The notes under the pieces: generated by a model
Told to the model about the DNA's origin: nothing
Databases searched by the model: none
What the model saw: the letters and a program-made list of their open reading frames with translations, nothing else
Made by a program: the position numbers and the translations under genes
Shown here: positions 1 to 11,984 of the stretch, piece after piece
Position numbering within the stretch: position 1 is the stretch's first letter
Layout: each line of letters begins with the position of its first letter
From: Klebsormidium nitens
Lineage: Eukaryota > Plantae > Klebsormidiophyceae
DNA length: 64,000 nt
Assembly (NCBI GenBank): GCA_000708835.1
Contig: DF237153.1
Coordinates: forward strand, 1 to 64,000
Reading direction: 5' to 3'

Positions 1-16
1 TGAGTACAGCTTTTAC

Positions 17-2502
17 TTGAGTTTCTCCACGGAGAAGGAGCCCGGGACAAACATCCTGCGGCAGGCCATCGATAGACTCCGTGAGACGCATGGGCAGCAA
101 TACGAGGCAGTCGAGGCTGACGGTCCTCGCCTGCGAGAGTTCCGCGACCAGCGGCTCCATGACATGAGGAAGTTCATCGCCCGCATCCTGCTGGCGTTTG
201 CTTTGGGCCTCCGCGAGTATCTCAGGCAGCACAGAGACAAAGCCAGCCCCAAGGGCTTCCTCCTATTCCAGCTCATCGGCATCAGTGCACAGGAGGTGAG
301 GACTGCTTGTTTCTGGGGAGATTAGCTTCTTGGGGCAGGGGTTCAGACATCAAACGATGCTAGTCCCTTTGCTCCTGCAATAGCTTCTGAAGTTTGACCT
401 TGTTCTCGCACTTTCTCCCCTCCGCAGTCTGCATTGTAGCATCTCATTGCCATCACCTTCTTTGCTGCTCCAGAGTCGCTCATGGGCGTCTGTTGTATTT
501 TCAGGACTGGCTGCTGACGACTTGGGGTTGCCTGCTGAGCGTGTCGCGGGAGGCGGTGGAGCAGAAGCTGCAAGCGACGGTAGAGGAGCTGCGAAGGCTG
601 ACCAATCAGGACTTCTTCAACACCTTCCTGGATGAGGCGCAAGCCGGGATGCGGATGATGGACGGGTACTTTCCGAGCCGTGACGGGATGGAGGGGCGGC
701 CGTTGCTGAACGGCTTGGTTCGGAGCCTGCATCATAACATCTTCACGCACTTTCACTTCAACCTGCCGGGTTCGTCCTGGAAAAACCAGTCAGCCCCCAT
801 GGCAGGTTGACGCTCTTTGGCACTCATCTGCTTGATATCGCTCAGCGCATATCAGCCCTCTGTCTGCAGCGCAGTAATTCTTGGACCTTGCCAATTGTCT
901 TCGAAGTCAGTCTTTATATGCAGGCCGTCCAGCAGTCACTGATCTGGCCCTTCTTGCTTGAGTGCAACTCGCATCCTCCGGGAGTTTCTCGGAGTAATGG
1001 GGTGCCTTTGGTTCGTGCAGGCACGGGACTCAGCCTCCGCCTGGCGCAGCAGCTCGATTCTGCCGTCGGTGAGATGGGTGCCGCTCAGCTAACGTCCTTC
1101 ACCGACTTCCCCCCCTTCACCACGGACGAAGCGCTCAAGTACGCCCGGGGGTTTCTGCAGAGCCCCCCAGAACGCGCCCAGGTGCACATCCTCGTGGGGC
1201 GTCCGCGATTCGCCGCGCAGCTCGTGCAGACGGTGCTCCTGGGTAAGTCCTGGGAGGAAGCGCTGCAGGCTNNNNNNNNNNNNNNNNNNNNTCGTTTTCT
1301 CCTGCTCCCAAGTCGCTCATGGCATCTGTTTGTGGTCCAGGACTGGCTGCTGAAGACCTGGGGCTGCCTGCTGAGCCTGTCACGGGAGGCGGTGGAGCTG
1401 AAGCTGCAAGCGACTATGGAGGAGCTGCGAAGGCGGACCAGACAGGACTTCTTCAACACCTTCCTGGATGAGTCGCAAGCCGGGATGCGGATCCTGGACG
1501 GGTACTTTCCGAGCCGTGACGGGACGGAGGGGCGGCCGTTGCTGAACGGCTTGGTTCGGAGCCTGCATCACAACATCTTCACGCACTTTCACTTCAACCT
1601 GACGGGTACGTCCTGGAAGAACCAGTCAGTTCCCATGGCAGGTCGACGCTCTTTGGCACTCATCTGCTTGATATCGCTCAGCGCATTTCAGCCCTCTGTC
1701 TGCAGCACCGCAATTCTCGGACCCTGCCAATTGCCTCTGAAGTTCTGTATTTTTATGCAGGTCGCCCAGCAGTCACCTGTCTTGNNNNNNNNNNNNNNNN
1801 NNNNCGGCCATGGGGGCCCTCTTCGAACGCATCATCCCCCAAGCGCAGCTTCGCTTCCTGACCAGCAGCTGTCTGGCAGATCATTCCTTGTTCAAGGGAT
1901 TAGTGGGCCTCCCCGACTGCTTCTACGGGCCCGCACGCGTGGTGTCTCTCTTTGGACAGGGTGAGAAGAGCTACGAGCTGAAGATCGACGACACCCCGTG
2001 CGTCGAGACGTGGAGGAAAGGGCGGGGCCTGCTTGAGTTCCTCCGCGAGCCGGGCGGAGTCCCCTTCTTCTTTCCAGAGGAAGGAGCTGGACCTGATCAC
2101 GCCTCGTACCTGAGAATCGGCGACGAGCGGTGGCTCGCCATCCTGCAAGCCAAGTGCCGCAAGAAGGTGCCAAACAAGGCACATGCTTTGGGCTCGCTCA
2201 ACATTCGGACCATGTACAGAGGCGTGAAGGAAGGTAAGCGAGAAGAGAAGCGCAGAGAGCTGACGTCTCTCCTCAAGCAGAGGGGCGTGAAGGGTATCCT
2301 GCGAATCCTCCTGGCGTACCCGGCAGAGGTCAACGCGGCCAGCTATACCCTGTCCACGCTTAGGCAGTCTGAGCGGCAGCGGCTCCAAGCAGAGGAGGGG
2401 AACGAATTCGAAGTCGTGCAGCTGTGCATCTCAAAGTCGAATGCGGAGCATTTCCTGACGGCCAATGAGCGGCGTCACCTGGATTGTCTCAAGGACGTTT
2501 GA
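17..2502 (+). CDS. Partial multi-exon Crinkler-like protein (P-loop NTPase-like region + C-terminal PD-(D/E)xK nuclease-like domain), interrupted by two 20-N gaps
   Basis: Coding blocks at about 17-295 (donor gt 296), 505-805 (acceptor ttttcag, donor gt 806), about 1020-1271, 1339-1640 and 1805-2502. Motifs FLDEAQ/FLDESQ (Walker B-like), RPLL, GTGLS and GRPRF, plus C-terminal GPD...ILQAK, resemble CR-NTPase + CR-REase architecture. The exon chain could not be fully resolved. Confidence 0.5.
470..1784 (+). repeat. Direct duplication of one exon plus following intron (about 470-950 and about 1305-1784)
   Basis: DWLLTTWGCLLSVSREAVEQKLQAT...HFHFNL and DWLLKTWGCLLSLSREAVELKLQAT...HFHFNL, with near-identical downstream intron. 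The second copy is bounded by N gaps on both sides. Confidence 0.85.
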
Positions 2503-5500
2503 TAGCGCAATGCATTGTGAAATCTCGCAAGGGGTTTGACGGCAATGGGGTCCGTTGCAAGTGGAAAGTAAAGAGGGTACAGATGGATTCGAGAGGACTT
2601 TTGGCTGGTTAGAAGATCTTCAAGGTTGGTGCCGAGTGCGAGGAGGGAGTGCACAAGGCAGTTCGACCAGCAAGAGGAGCCTGCTTCAACATTCTTGAGG
2701 GTGCCATTCTAGTGCTTCATTGTGCATACATATAAAGGAGCCGATTGGAGATTGAATTCAAACTCGCAATTGAAGGCCATGGAAGTTTGCAGCATTTGGA
2801 TTGCTGTACATGTTTGTGTCCTCAAGTGTGAACTCAAAATAGGCATGTGACACTTGCATGATATCGCATGACGAGCGAAGAAGAAAGGCCTCGGCATTGT
2901 CACAATTGTTGCGCAACGCGATTTGACTCTGCTCGATTCCCCACTTTTCTCGCTTTGGACGGATCTCATTTGCTAATCACTCCTTCCAATGCTCCGGTTG
3001 CAAGGCATTGCACACGGTTTTGAAGCTGAAAGTATTCACTTGCTACCCAACATTGCGCATCCCCGCCATTGAGACAGCTTTGGAAGCCTAGAAAATGGCA
3101 CTCATTGATAGCATCTCATGTCCGGCCCTTGGTCGCAAATCCAGTTTTGGAGGAAGATCATGCAAGTCCTCACGTGGTAAACCACCCAATCGGGCTCTTT
3201 AATTGACTGGAAAAATCACGTTGGATCTCTGTTTCCCGGCGTGCAATGTACATGTACTCTTCAGAGTGTCTCAATAGAGAAAGCGCAGCAACTTGAAATA
3301 CATGTTTCACGTTATAAAGCACAGCTGCTCTATTGTGCAAGGGTTTCCATCGGGATTCATACGATGGTTTGTCAAATAGCTGGGAAAGTAACATGCATGC
3401 TGCTGATCGCTCCACCGACCACTTATTCGAAGATCTTCTTCAAAGCCATCATTGGTGACTCGTAAGTCAGATAGTCTAAATGCAATTTTGAAGCTTCAAC
3501 TGACCCACCAACGCTGGCATACCTCTACGATTTCGTCTGTTCAGTATTTTGGCATGGATCGTGTGTGTTGGCTACATACAAACTGAAATTTCAAGCGAAG
3601 ACATTTGTGCGCAAGGGTTCTGGAGTTGCCAAAAAGGCCCGGCACAGAGCTGAGGGCCCGGCATTCACCATTACCGCGCTGTGGTGGACCGTTCCCACCC
3701 AGGTCCCAAGTTGGAGCAGAGCACTCCCTGGCCCTGGCCCTGGTAGCAAGCAGATGCCCCAAACTCGCGAAGGTTGAAAGGTCATTCACGTTGAACACTG
3801 TTGGAGATCAGCTCTATCAAGCTCGGTTCTTCAGAATTCCAAAGGTGACTGGGAGTTCAAGTCACGCGCGGTGACTCATAATCCGGGTCATCGGTACAGT
3901 GGCGCTGGCAAGGTCTGGCATCCTTTGGCGTCCTGCGGCGGAGCTTGAATCTGCTTGTTTTGCTGCCAGGTGTCCTTCTAGAAGCAAGAAACTGCTTTTC
4001 TAGGTCAGCAATAGGTCGGCAATCGGTGACCTGGCACACTTTACGGCGGCACCCGATGGCGCACTCTGGCTCACTTTGGCAGCTTAATGAGGGTGTTTTG
4101 ATGGGCTGCAATGGTCCTCAACTTCATTTCTCAGAAAAACAAAGGGTCCATTTCTGGAGGGAGCTCTCTGGGAAGCTCGGAAGCTGGCAATCTGTGGGCA
4201 GCGCGTCGTGCACGCAGGCGTCTGGTGATGCTCAGGTAAGAGCAGCTTGCCTTTCATTCTTTCTGACAATCCCGAGGGCCTGTGCTGTCTCCTTCAAGTG
4301 GATGTTTCTGGGTCTTTGTGTGCTTGCAAAAGGATGCTGTTGGGCATGCTGAAGCATGACCAGGCATGCCTATCTCATCAGCATCAGCGTGCAATTGTGT
4401 AAGCAATTAGCAACCCTAATCGCCTTGGCAAACCCAACAATACATCTTGCAGGCATGCATGCATGTGCATATTGTTTTATAACCTTGATGCAGGCTGATA
4501 GCTCAGCAACAGCAGAGTGTGTGGACAGCCGCACTGTGCATCAGCTTTCAAGGTAAGCCCTTGCGCCCAGGCTTCTGCGCGTCTGCAGCTGAGTGGCCTG
4601 CACGCCTGTTGGCTTGCAGGATTGTTTTCAAAAACAGGACTGCTTTCGGCTGATGGTTCAGCTAAATTCTCTCCTGTTAGCAATTCCTCGATCCTCTCCT
4701 TGACCAGCAATTGCTCGTCAATGTGTTTTTAAAACCTGGGGGATCCCTGAGTGTTGTCTGGTCATTTATTGCAACAGATGGCAGACACTACCATGCCACA
4801 ACAGCAAGGGCCGGCAGCCCCGCTGTTTGAGGGCAAGGAAGGCACCCCTTCTGTTGGATTACCGCCTTCCATCGGGGTGAGCTCATCAACGCTGATCTGT
4901 GCGTGCGAGGTCAGGCCATATGGAACAGATCAGTCAAAGCTCCGATTGAAGAGACCAATTGGAGTTTAATTACACAGACCAGCTGTTGCAGTTTGTGACC
5001 TCCTGCCAGGCACTTTCCTTGGTCCTTCTGCAGTCAACAAATGAAAGCTCTGACAAGTTGCATTGGCTTGGAGGCTCAGATGAATAATGCAGCTGGTGCA
5101 AACTGTTGGGCCTTGCCAGGCACTTTACGGGCCCTTCTATGTTTAGTAGAGCAAAGGTCTGAAGGGCTGACAATTTGCTTTGGGCTTGGAGGCTGGTGCA
5201 AACTGTCAGCTCCTGCCGCGCAATTTCCTGAGGTTCTTGTGAGATTCATGGCGCAATCTGCTGGACAAAATGCTAAGAATTTTGCCAGACACTCAGCCAG
5301 ACAGCAGCAGAGACACATGTGCCTTCGGTGATGTCATCGTAGGCTCTCTCTCTGCAGGGGGGGAATCAAGCAACAAAGGAAGCCACCCCGCGCTCATCTG
5401 GTGCTGCACCCAATTTGAGCAGCCCCTTGGTTCACCCCATGCATGAGGTGGTTCCTGGCGCAAACAGTGGCGCGGAGTCAAAAGCTGGGGTAAGGCCAGC

Positions 5501-5559
5501 ATCTTGGATGCAGCTTACGAGGCTCTTCAGGATCATGGGCAGAATGGCCAGGTTGACTG

Positions 5560-6895
5560 CAAGTCAGAATGTTAGCCGTGGAAGTCTGGAATGCTTATTT
5601 TCATGGAGCAAGTTTTGACTGCCCCCCAGCGCTGATCCGTACAACACTGTTAGGATCAGGGCTGGGGCGGGAGTCAATATTTCTGTCGTGAGAGTCAGGA
5701 ATGCTTATATTCATGGGGCAAGTTTTGACTGGCCCAGCGCTAGGCCTTACAGTACTGTTAGTACTAGGGCCAGGGCGGGAGTCATAATTTCTGACGTGGA
5801 AGTTTGGAATGCTTATACTTTGAAGGGAAGTTTTGACTGGCGGGCGCTGCCGCTCCAAGCATTCTTCAAGCTCGCTGTTAAAACGACTTGGAAGCTCTGG
5901 AAGTCAAAAGTTCTGTTGTGAAAATTTGGAATGCTTATATCACAGGTAAATTTTGACTGCCCCCAGCGCAGCCACTTGCAAAGGCATTTTCAATCAGGGC
6001 TGAGGCGAGAGTCAAAAGTTTTGCTGTGAAAGTCTAAAATGCTTATACTATGAAGGAAAGTTTTGACTGGTGGGCGATTCTACTCCAAGCGTTCTTCAGG
6101 ATCACGGTTTGGATTGGCTTAGCAGAAAATCCTGCCTTGAAACGCTTGAATGCTTAGATTCATGGGGCAAGTTTTGAGTGGCCCCAGCGCTAAGCCTTAC
6201 AGTACCTACTCTTAGATTTAGGGCCAGGGCTGGAGTCAAAAGTTCTGACGTAGAAGTCTGGAATGCTTTTACTTTGAAGGGAAGTTTCGACTGGTGGGCG
6301 CTGCCGCTCCAAGCGTTCTTCGAGCTCGCGGTTGGAATGGATTGGGAGCTCTTGAAGTCAAAAGTTCTGTCGTGAAAATCTGGAATGCTTATATCAACAG
6401 GTAAGATTTTGACTGCCCCAGCGCTGCCTCTCACAACGCATTCAGGATCAGGGCCGGAGTGGGAGTCCAAAGTTCTGTCGTTTGAGTCTGGAATGCTTAT
6501 ACTGTTGATGGAAGTTTTGACTGGTGGGCGCTGCCGCTCCAAGCGTTCTTCAGGATCCCATTCTGGATTGGTATACGAGCTGTGCGAGTCAAAAGTGTTG
6601 CCTTGAAAGGATTGAATGCTTATATTCATGGGGCAAGTTTTGACTGGCCCCAGCGCTAAGCCTTACAGTACTGTTAGTGCCAGGGCCAGGGTGAGAGTCA
6701 AAACTTCTGCCTTGAAAGGTTGGAATGCTTATGCTCACAAGGGAAGTTTTGACAGGTGGGCGCTGCCGCTCCAAGCGCCTGCAGGATCACTGTTGGATTG
6801 GCCTGGGGACATCTGGAAGTCAAAAGTTCTGTCTTGAAAGATTGGAATGCGTATACTAGCAAGGGAAGTTTTGACTGGTCAACTCCACCGGTCTC
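5560..6895 (+). repeat. Tandem array 1 of family-A palindromic box (about 12 units of 108-122 bp, higher-order a/b/a'/b spacers)
   Basis: Recurrent (G/A)AGTCAAAAGTTCTG...GGAATGCTTATA...GTTTTGACTG box. Spacers alternate between type a (cccagcgct...cagggc) and type b (gggcgctgccgctccaagc...). Confidence 0.95.
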
Positions 6896-7000
6896 AAAAT
6901 CCTTCAGCTCATGGGTTTGATGGTTTCAGCCCTGGTGTGATCTTGCTCGCGCTCTTTCGGGTTTCGCACTGCGGGTTTCTCATGCCCCTCGATTGACCCC

Positions 7001-9790
7001 TTGCACGACACGTGCGGCGCCCCCCGCGATGATGCTCTCCTGCCGTCAACCATCAGAGAGCTCGTGGCGAGCGCGGCCAGAGGCTTCCTCACCAACTCCA
7101 AGAGAGGCCACCGCATTTTCCAAAAGGTGGCGGGGACCCTGGGCCAGCGCGCTCAAGAGGAGCTCGGGTCTGCAGGCCTTCTCTGGTCGAAGGCTGCCTG
7201 GGATGGGAGCCTGCATGCCGCGATGGCAGCTCTCCAGTCACTGGCGGGCACTGTAGACGCTGGCTTGCAAGAGGGCTTCGAGAAGGTCTTGACATCGATC
7301 AGGCAGGCCCACATGGAGGGGCTCAAGCAGCGAGAGAGTTCGTCCAGCAGAGTCTGCNNNNNNNNNNNNNNNNNNNNNNNNNNNNNNNNNNNNNNNNNNN
7401 NNNNNNNNNNNNNNNNNNNNNNNNNNNNNNNNNNNNNNNNNNNNNNNNNNNNNNNNNNNNNNNNNNNNNNNNNNNNNNNNNNNNNNNNNNNNNNNNNNNN
7501 NNNNNNNNNNNNNNNNNNNNNNNNNNNNNNNNNNNNNNNNNNNNNNNNNNNNNNNNNNNNNNNNNNNNNNNNNNNNNNNNNNNNNNNNNNNNNNNNNNNN
7601 NNNNNNNNNNNNNNNNNNNNNNNNNNNNNNNNNNNNNNNNNNNNNNNNNNNNNNNNNNNNNNNNNNNNNNNNNNNNNNNNNNNNNNNNNNNNNNNNNNNN
7701 NNNNNNNNNNNNNNNNNNNNNNNNNNNNNNNNNNNNNNNNNNNNNNNNNNNNNNNNNNNNNNNNNNNNNNNNNNNNNNNNNNNNNNNNNNNNNNNNNNNN
7801 NNNNNNNNNNNNNNNNNNNNNNNNNNNNNNNNNNNNNNNNNNNNNNNNNNNNNNNNNNNNNNNNNNNNNNNNNNNNNNNNNNNTTGCAGCTTACAACGAT
7901 ACTTTTCAGCGAAGTGGGCTGTACTATAGTTCAGCGCCCAAGAGCAGACGCCTCACAGGTGAGAGGCTCATTGCTGACGCCCCAGAGGTCCAGCTTTGCG
8001 AGCTCTTGTGCTTTGCCCGAATCAGTTGCCTTCTTCGCCATTGATCCATAACATCCTTCCATCGCAAGCTACGCTCCGCGTCCTGCATCTGTTTCTAGAT
8101 TCCGAGGTGTGGTCTTTTTGCGAGCAGCAACGCTCCTGATCATTGGGGGGATCGAGCCCAATCCCGGCTGGGGGGGCGACGAGGTAAGCGATTATGCGGC
8201 TCAAGGCAGGACAACGCTGGGAAGCGACATCGACAGAGGGTGGCCACTCGTCCCACTGCCGTCACTGGAGGTGAGCGCGCGCACAATCGCCTTGCAGCAT
8301 CATCGAAGAGGATCCTTCCATGATTGCTGAGATCGCTTGCGTGCGAGCTGAGAAGCATGTCCAATCATGCCCAATCATGAGAAGCATGTCGTTTGCATGT
8401 TGGTGAGACGTGCGGCATCCCAGAACAAAAAAGGGCACAGATGAGGGAACCTGAGCTCAATATCATCGCCTTTCTGTGTTGTGCAGGAGGTTTACGGCAG
8501 TCCGCCGTCGCGCCAAGCCCAGAGCATGCATTCACAGTTCGAAGCGTGGAGGAGCCAAGCACGTTTGAGCGAGCAGGTGAGTTAGGAAGGTACATCACAT
8601 CGGACAGTTGCAACGAGATATTACTGATCTTTGCATCCTGACCCCAAACGTCTTCAGACTGGCACTGCTTTCAGCCTGGGAAAGAGATCATTGAAGTCGC
8701 TGAGTGTCCCTTGCATAGCTGTCTAGCGCAAGCCCTTGAGATTGGGCCGAAAATGATGGCAATCTGCATGTTGTAAGCAGCAATTAGGTCTCTTTCTCAA
8801 CTTGACTGTATCTAGTGGGTCACGTTCCAGCACTTTGTGAAAGCTCACGGCCTGGCTGGTTGCGGTCCGTGAAACACGTGTTGAGCGGCGCTAGTCGTCA
8901 CCTTTGCATCAGGTTTGCTTAGAACTGATCAGGAACCTCTCATCCTCTGTCCAGATAAGCGGCGGCAACCAGCGGTCGGCTACGAGTGCGGCCAGTGAGT
9001 CCGGGTCCGAGCTGTCGGATATGGAAGACGAAGGCGAGGACATTGAGGGGGCGGAGTTTGAGAGCGTGGACGAGCCTCAAGACGTGGGAACATCCAGGGA
9101 TCGCGCATTCATCGACGATGAAGACGCAAGCGAAGATGAAGAGAACGAGGTGATTGCGCAAGGCAGGTTTCGTGTTGCCAGAGGATCGAGCTCCGACTCG
9201 GATGTCCCTCTGCTTCTGGCTCGGCGCTTCAAGCCGCAGGCGCCGGGACGGGCGACCAAGGCGCTCCAAACAAGCCGCCGAGCCCGTTCTCCGCCCTCTT
9301 GGTCGAGAGCTTCGGCCGAGGAAGGCAGCCCTTCACAGGGCTTTTCCTCTACGGTGAGCGACGGGGGTTGGGCTGATCAGCAGCTGCCGCCCGCTACTGG
9401 TGGCCGCATCCTGCTGCAGCGCTCCGAGGAAGCCGCAATGGACACGGAGTCCGGGTCGGACGAGCTTCCGGGTTTCCGTAAGCGGCGGGTGCTTGATGGG
9501 GCAGCCCGCTCTCCACAAATCAGGCGGCGCCGTCGGGTGCTGCTCTCATCATCGGAGCCCTCGGGTGAGACCGGCAGCGTCTCGGCAAGGCGGAGCGGTG
9601 CTGCTGGGTCGGAAGAAGAGGTGCAGGAGAGGGGGGCCGATGAGCTCGTGCCCGGCGTCGGCGCCAGCTTCGACGGTTCGCCGGAGCCTGAAGACGACGG
9701 CAGCTTGGACGAGTCAGATTTTGGGGAGGAGTTTGCGACTCTGTGCGTGATCGAGCCGCGCCCGCGGCGAGCGACCATCAGTCGAGTGAG
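7001..9790 (+). CDS. Uncharacterised multi-exon protein with acidic/Ser-Arg low-complexity region (fragmentary, spans N gap)
   Basis: Open coding-like block 7001-7357. Short exons at about 8099-8183 (..GGIEPNPGWGGDE|gtaag) and about 8487-8577 (tgtgcag|EVYGSPP...SEQ|gtgag) join in phase 0 to the long ORF resuming at about 8956 (ISGGNQ...EDEGEDIEG...). No recognisable domain. Confidence 0.35.
7358..7883. other. Assembly gap (N run)
   Basis: Continuous N. Confidence 1.
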
Positions 9791-9877
9791 CACCATTAAT
9801 AGGGTTGTTCGCGCTCTTCGTCTGTCTCGGCTCTTCAAGGCCTCATTCACAGTGAGCAGATGTCTGTATCTGTTTGC

Positions 9878-11690
9878 CGAGTCAAAAGTTGTGCCATTGG
9901 AAGCTGATATGCGTATGGAAAGAGGCAACTTTTGACTGGTCGGCGATATTGTTAAGATACTTTTCAGCGGTTGAGGGGGATGTTCAGTGGTGGTCGGAGT
10001 CAAAATCTGGGGCTTTATGGGACGCAAGTGCTTATTATGAGAAGGATTTTTGCCTGCCAGGCGAAGCCATGTCTGCGAGCTTCTTCGGGGATGGTCCGGT
10101 TTGTTTCGGAGTCAAAACTTGGGGCCTTATGTGATGCGAGTGCTTATTATGAGAGGATTTTTGCCTGCCAGGCGAAGCCATGACTGCGAGGTTCTGCCGG
10201 GGATGGTCGGGTTTGTTTCGGAGTCAAAACTTGGGGCCTCAGGCGATGCTTATTATGAGAGGAATCTTTGACTGCCAGGGGACGACATTATTGCGAGATT
10301 CGGCTTGGGATGGTCGGGATTGATCTGGAGTCAAAAGTCGGGCCTTATGGGGATGCGAGAGCTTATTATTGAGAGGGATTTTGACCGCCATGGTACGCCA
10401 TGACTGCGAGATTCTGCTTGGGGTAGTCGGGATCGATCTGGAGTCAAAAGTCGGGCCTTATGGGGATGCGAGTGCTTAATATTGAGAGGGACTTTTGACC
10501 ACCAGGGGAAGCCATGATTGCGAGATTCTGCTTGGGATGGTCGGGCTTGGTTTGGAGTCAAAAGTCGGGCCTTGTGGGATGCGAGTGCTTATTATGAGAG
10601 GAGTTTTTGACTGCTAGGCGGCGCCAGCAACTTTGGAATGGTCGAGCCGGTTCCGGAGTCAAAGGTTGGGCCTTATGTGATGCGAGAGCTTCTTATTGAG
10701 AGGGACTTTTGACTGCCAGGGGACGCCATGTCTGCGAGATTCTGCCCGGGATGGTCGGGCTTGTTCCGGAGTCAAAGTTGGGGCCTTATGTGATGCGAGT
10801 GCTTATAATAAAAGGGACTTTTTTGACTGCCAGGCGGCGCCAGCAACTTGGAATGGTCGGGCTCGTTCCGGAGTCAAAAGCTGGGCCTTATGTGATGCGA
10901 GTGCTTATTATGAAAGGGGATTTTGACTGCCAGGCGGTGCCATGACTGCGAGGTTCTGCCTGGGATGGTCGGGCTTGTTTGGGAGTCAAAAAGTTGGGGA
11001 GTTAAGTGATGCGAGTGCTTTTAAAAAGGGTAATTTTGACTGCCAGGCAACGCCATGACTGCAAGATTCTGCCCGGGATGGTCGGTCTCGTTCCGGAGTC
11101 AAAAGTTGGGGCTTAATGGGATACGAGTGCTTATTATGAGCGGAATTTCCGACTGCCAGGCGACGCCACGGCTGCGAGGTTTGGACCGGGATGGTCGGTC
11201 TTGTTCCGAAGTCAAAACCTGGGGCTTTATGTGATGCGAGTGCTTATTATGAGCGGGATTTTTTGACTGCCAAGCGGACGCCAGTTCCAGGTTCGAACAG
11301 CTCGACCAGTCAAAACTTCCCTTCATAAGCATTGCAGCTTTCTTCGGCGGAACTTTTGACTCGCCGCCAAGCTCGGCCATACCTTGTCGTTTGTGAAATT
11401 CGGCGACTGACAGCAACGACCATTCAAAACTTCCCCTTAGAGTATAAGCATTGCTGCTTTCCACGGCGGAACTTTTGACTTACAGAGATGGTCGGTCGGG
11501 TTTTAAAGTCAAAGCTTTGGGTTTTATGCGCTTCACGGTGCTTGTCTATAAAAGCCACATTTGACTGCCGGGCGGCGCCATCAACTTCCAGTTTCTGGCA
11601 GGCTTGTTCGAAAGTCAAAAGTAGGGCCCTGTTCACGAAGGGCGTGCTAATTTCAAGAGGAATTTTTGATTGCTGCGCTGCGGCTAACGC
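9878..11690 (+). repeat. Tandem array 2 of family-A palindromic box (about 13 direct units of 100-115 bp, two inverted units at about 11290-11480, two further degenerate units)
   Basis: Consensus GAGTCAAAAGTTGGGGCCTTATGTGATGCGAGTGCTTATTATGAGAGGGATTTTTGACTGCCAGGCGACGCCATGACTGCGAGATTCTGCCCGGGATGGTCGGGCTTGTTCC. Unit starts near 9998, 10108, 10221, 10328, 10441, 10555, 10655, 10770, 10871, 10983, 11096 and 11210. Confidence 0.95.
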
Positions 11691-11716
11691 GTGCGCGCCT
11701 CGATGGATAGCTCTCA

Positions 11717-11971
11717 CTAAGCCCCCCGCCTTCTTGCTGCCTTGCAGGATCCGGCTCCCTTCACCAGCGACCCGCACCCCCCCACCCGACCCCGCTCTGC
11801 TGCTACGGAGGTGGTGAGTCCACTTGACGGACGCTTCTCGAAGGCCACATAAGGCAGCTCCAGGTCGTCTTGATAGCGGCGGTCGTGCACTGCTGCCAAG
11901 GTTGCGCTCTCCTCAGCAGTCAGGGGCCGAGACAGAGCAAAGCGGCCGGTGAACTTGGTGTCGTAGCCCAT
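11717..11971 (-). pseudogene. Truncated tandem duplicate of the 5' end of the 11985-12695 gene
   Basis: MGYDTKFTGRFALSRPLTAEESA is identical in both copies. Nucleotides about 11910-11974 closely match about 12637-12697, then the sequence diverges and stops. Confidence 0.7.
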
Positions 11972-11984
11972 GATTCGATGCCCT

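Noticed and set aside
470-1784. Exon duplication as a real internal domain repeat
   Set aside because: The second copy is isolated between two 20-N gaps and may be a mis-scaffolded paralog or haplotype; it cannot be judged without reads.
2600-5500. Possible exons (e.g. MADTTMPQQQ...PSIG|gtgag near 4778-4877)
   Set aside because: Isolated splice-like signals with no consistent chain or recognisable product.
5601-6837. Short ORFs inside array 1 (and likewise in arrays at 9.9-11.7, 16.1-16.9 and 34.4-35.0 kb)
   Set aside because: They are translations of tandem repeat units with frequent stops and no coding signature.
7001-8044. 347-aa ORF and the 33630-34271 ORFs
   Set aside because: Their length comes from translating N runs.
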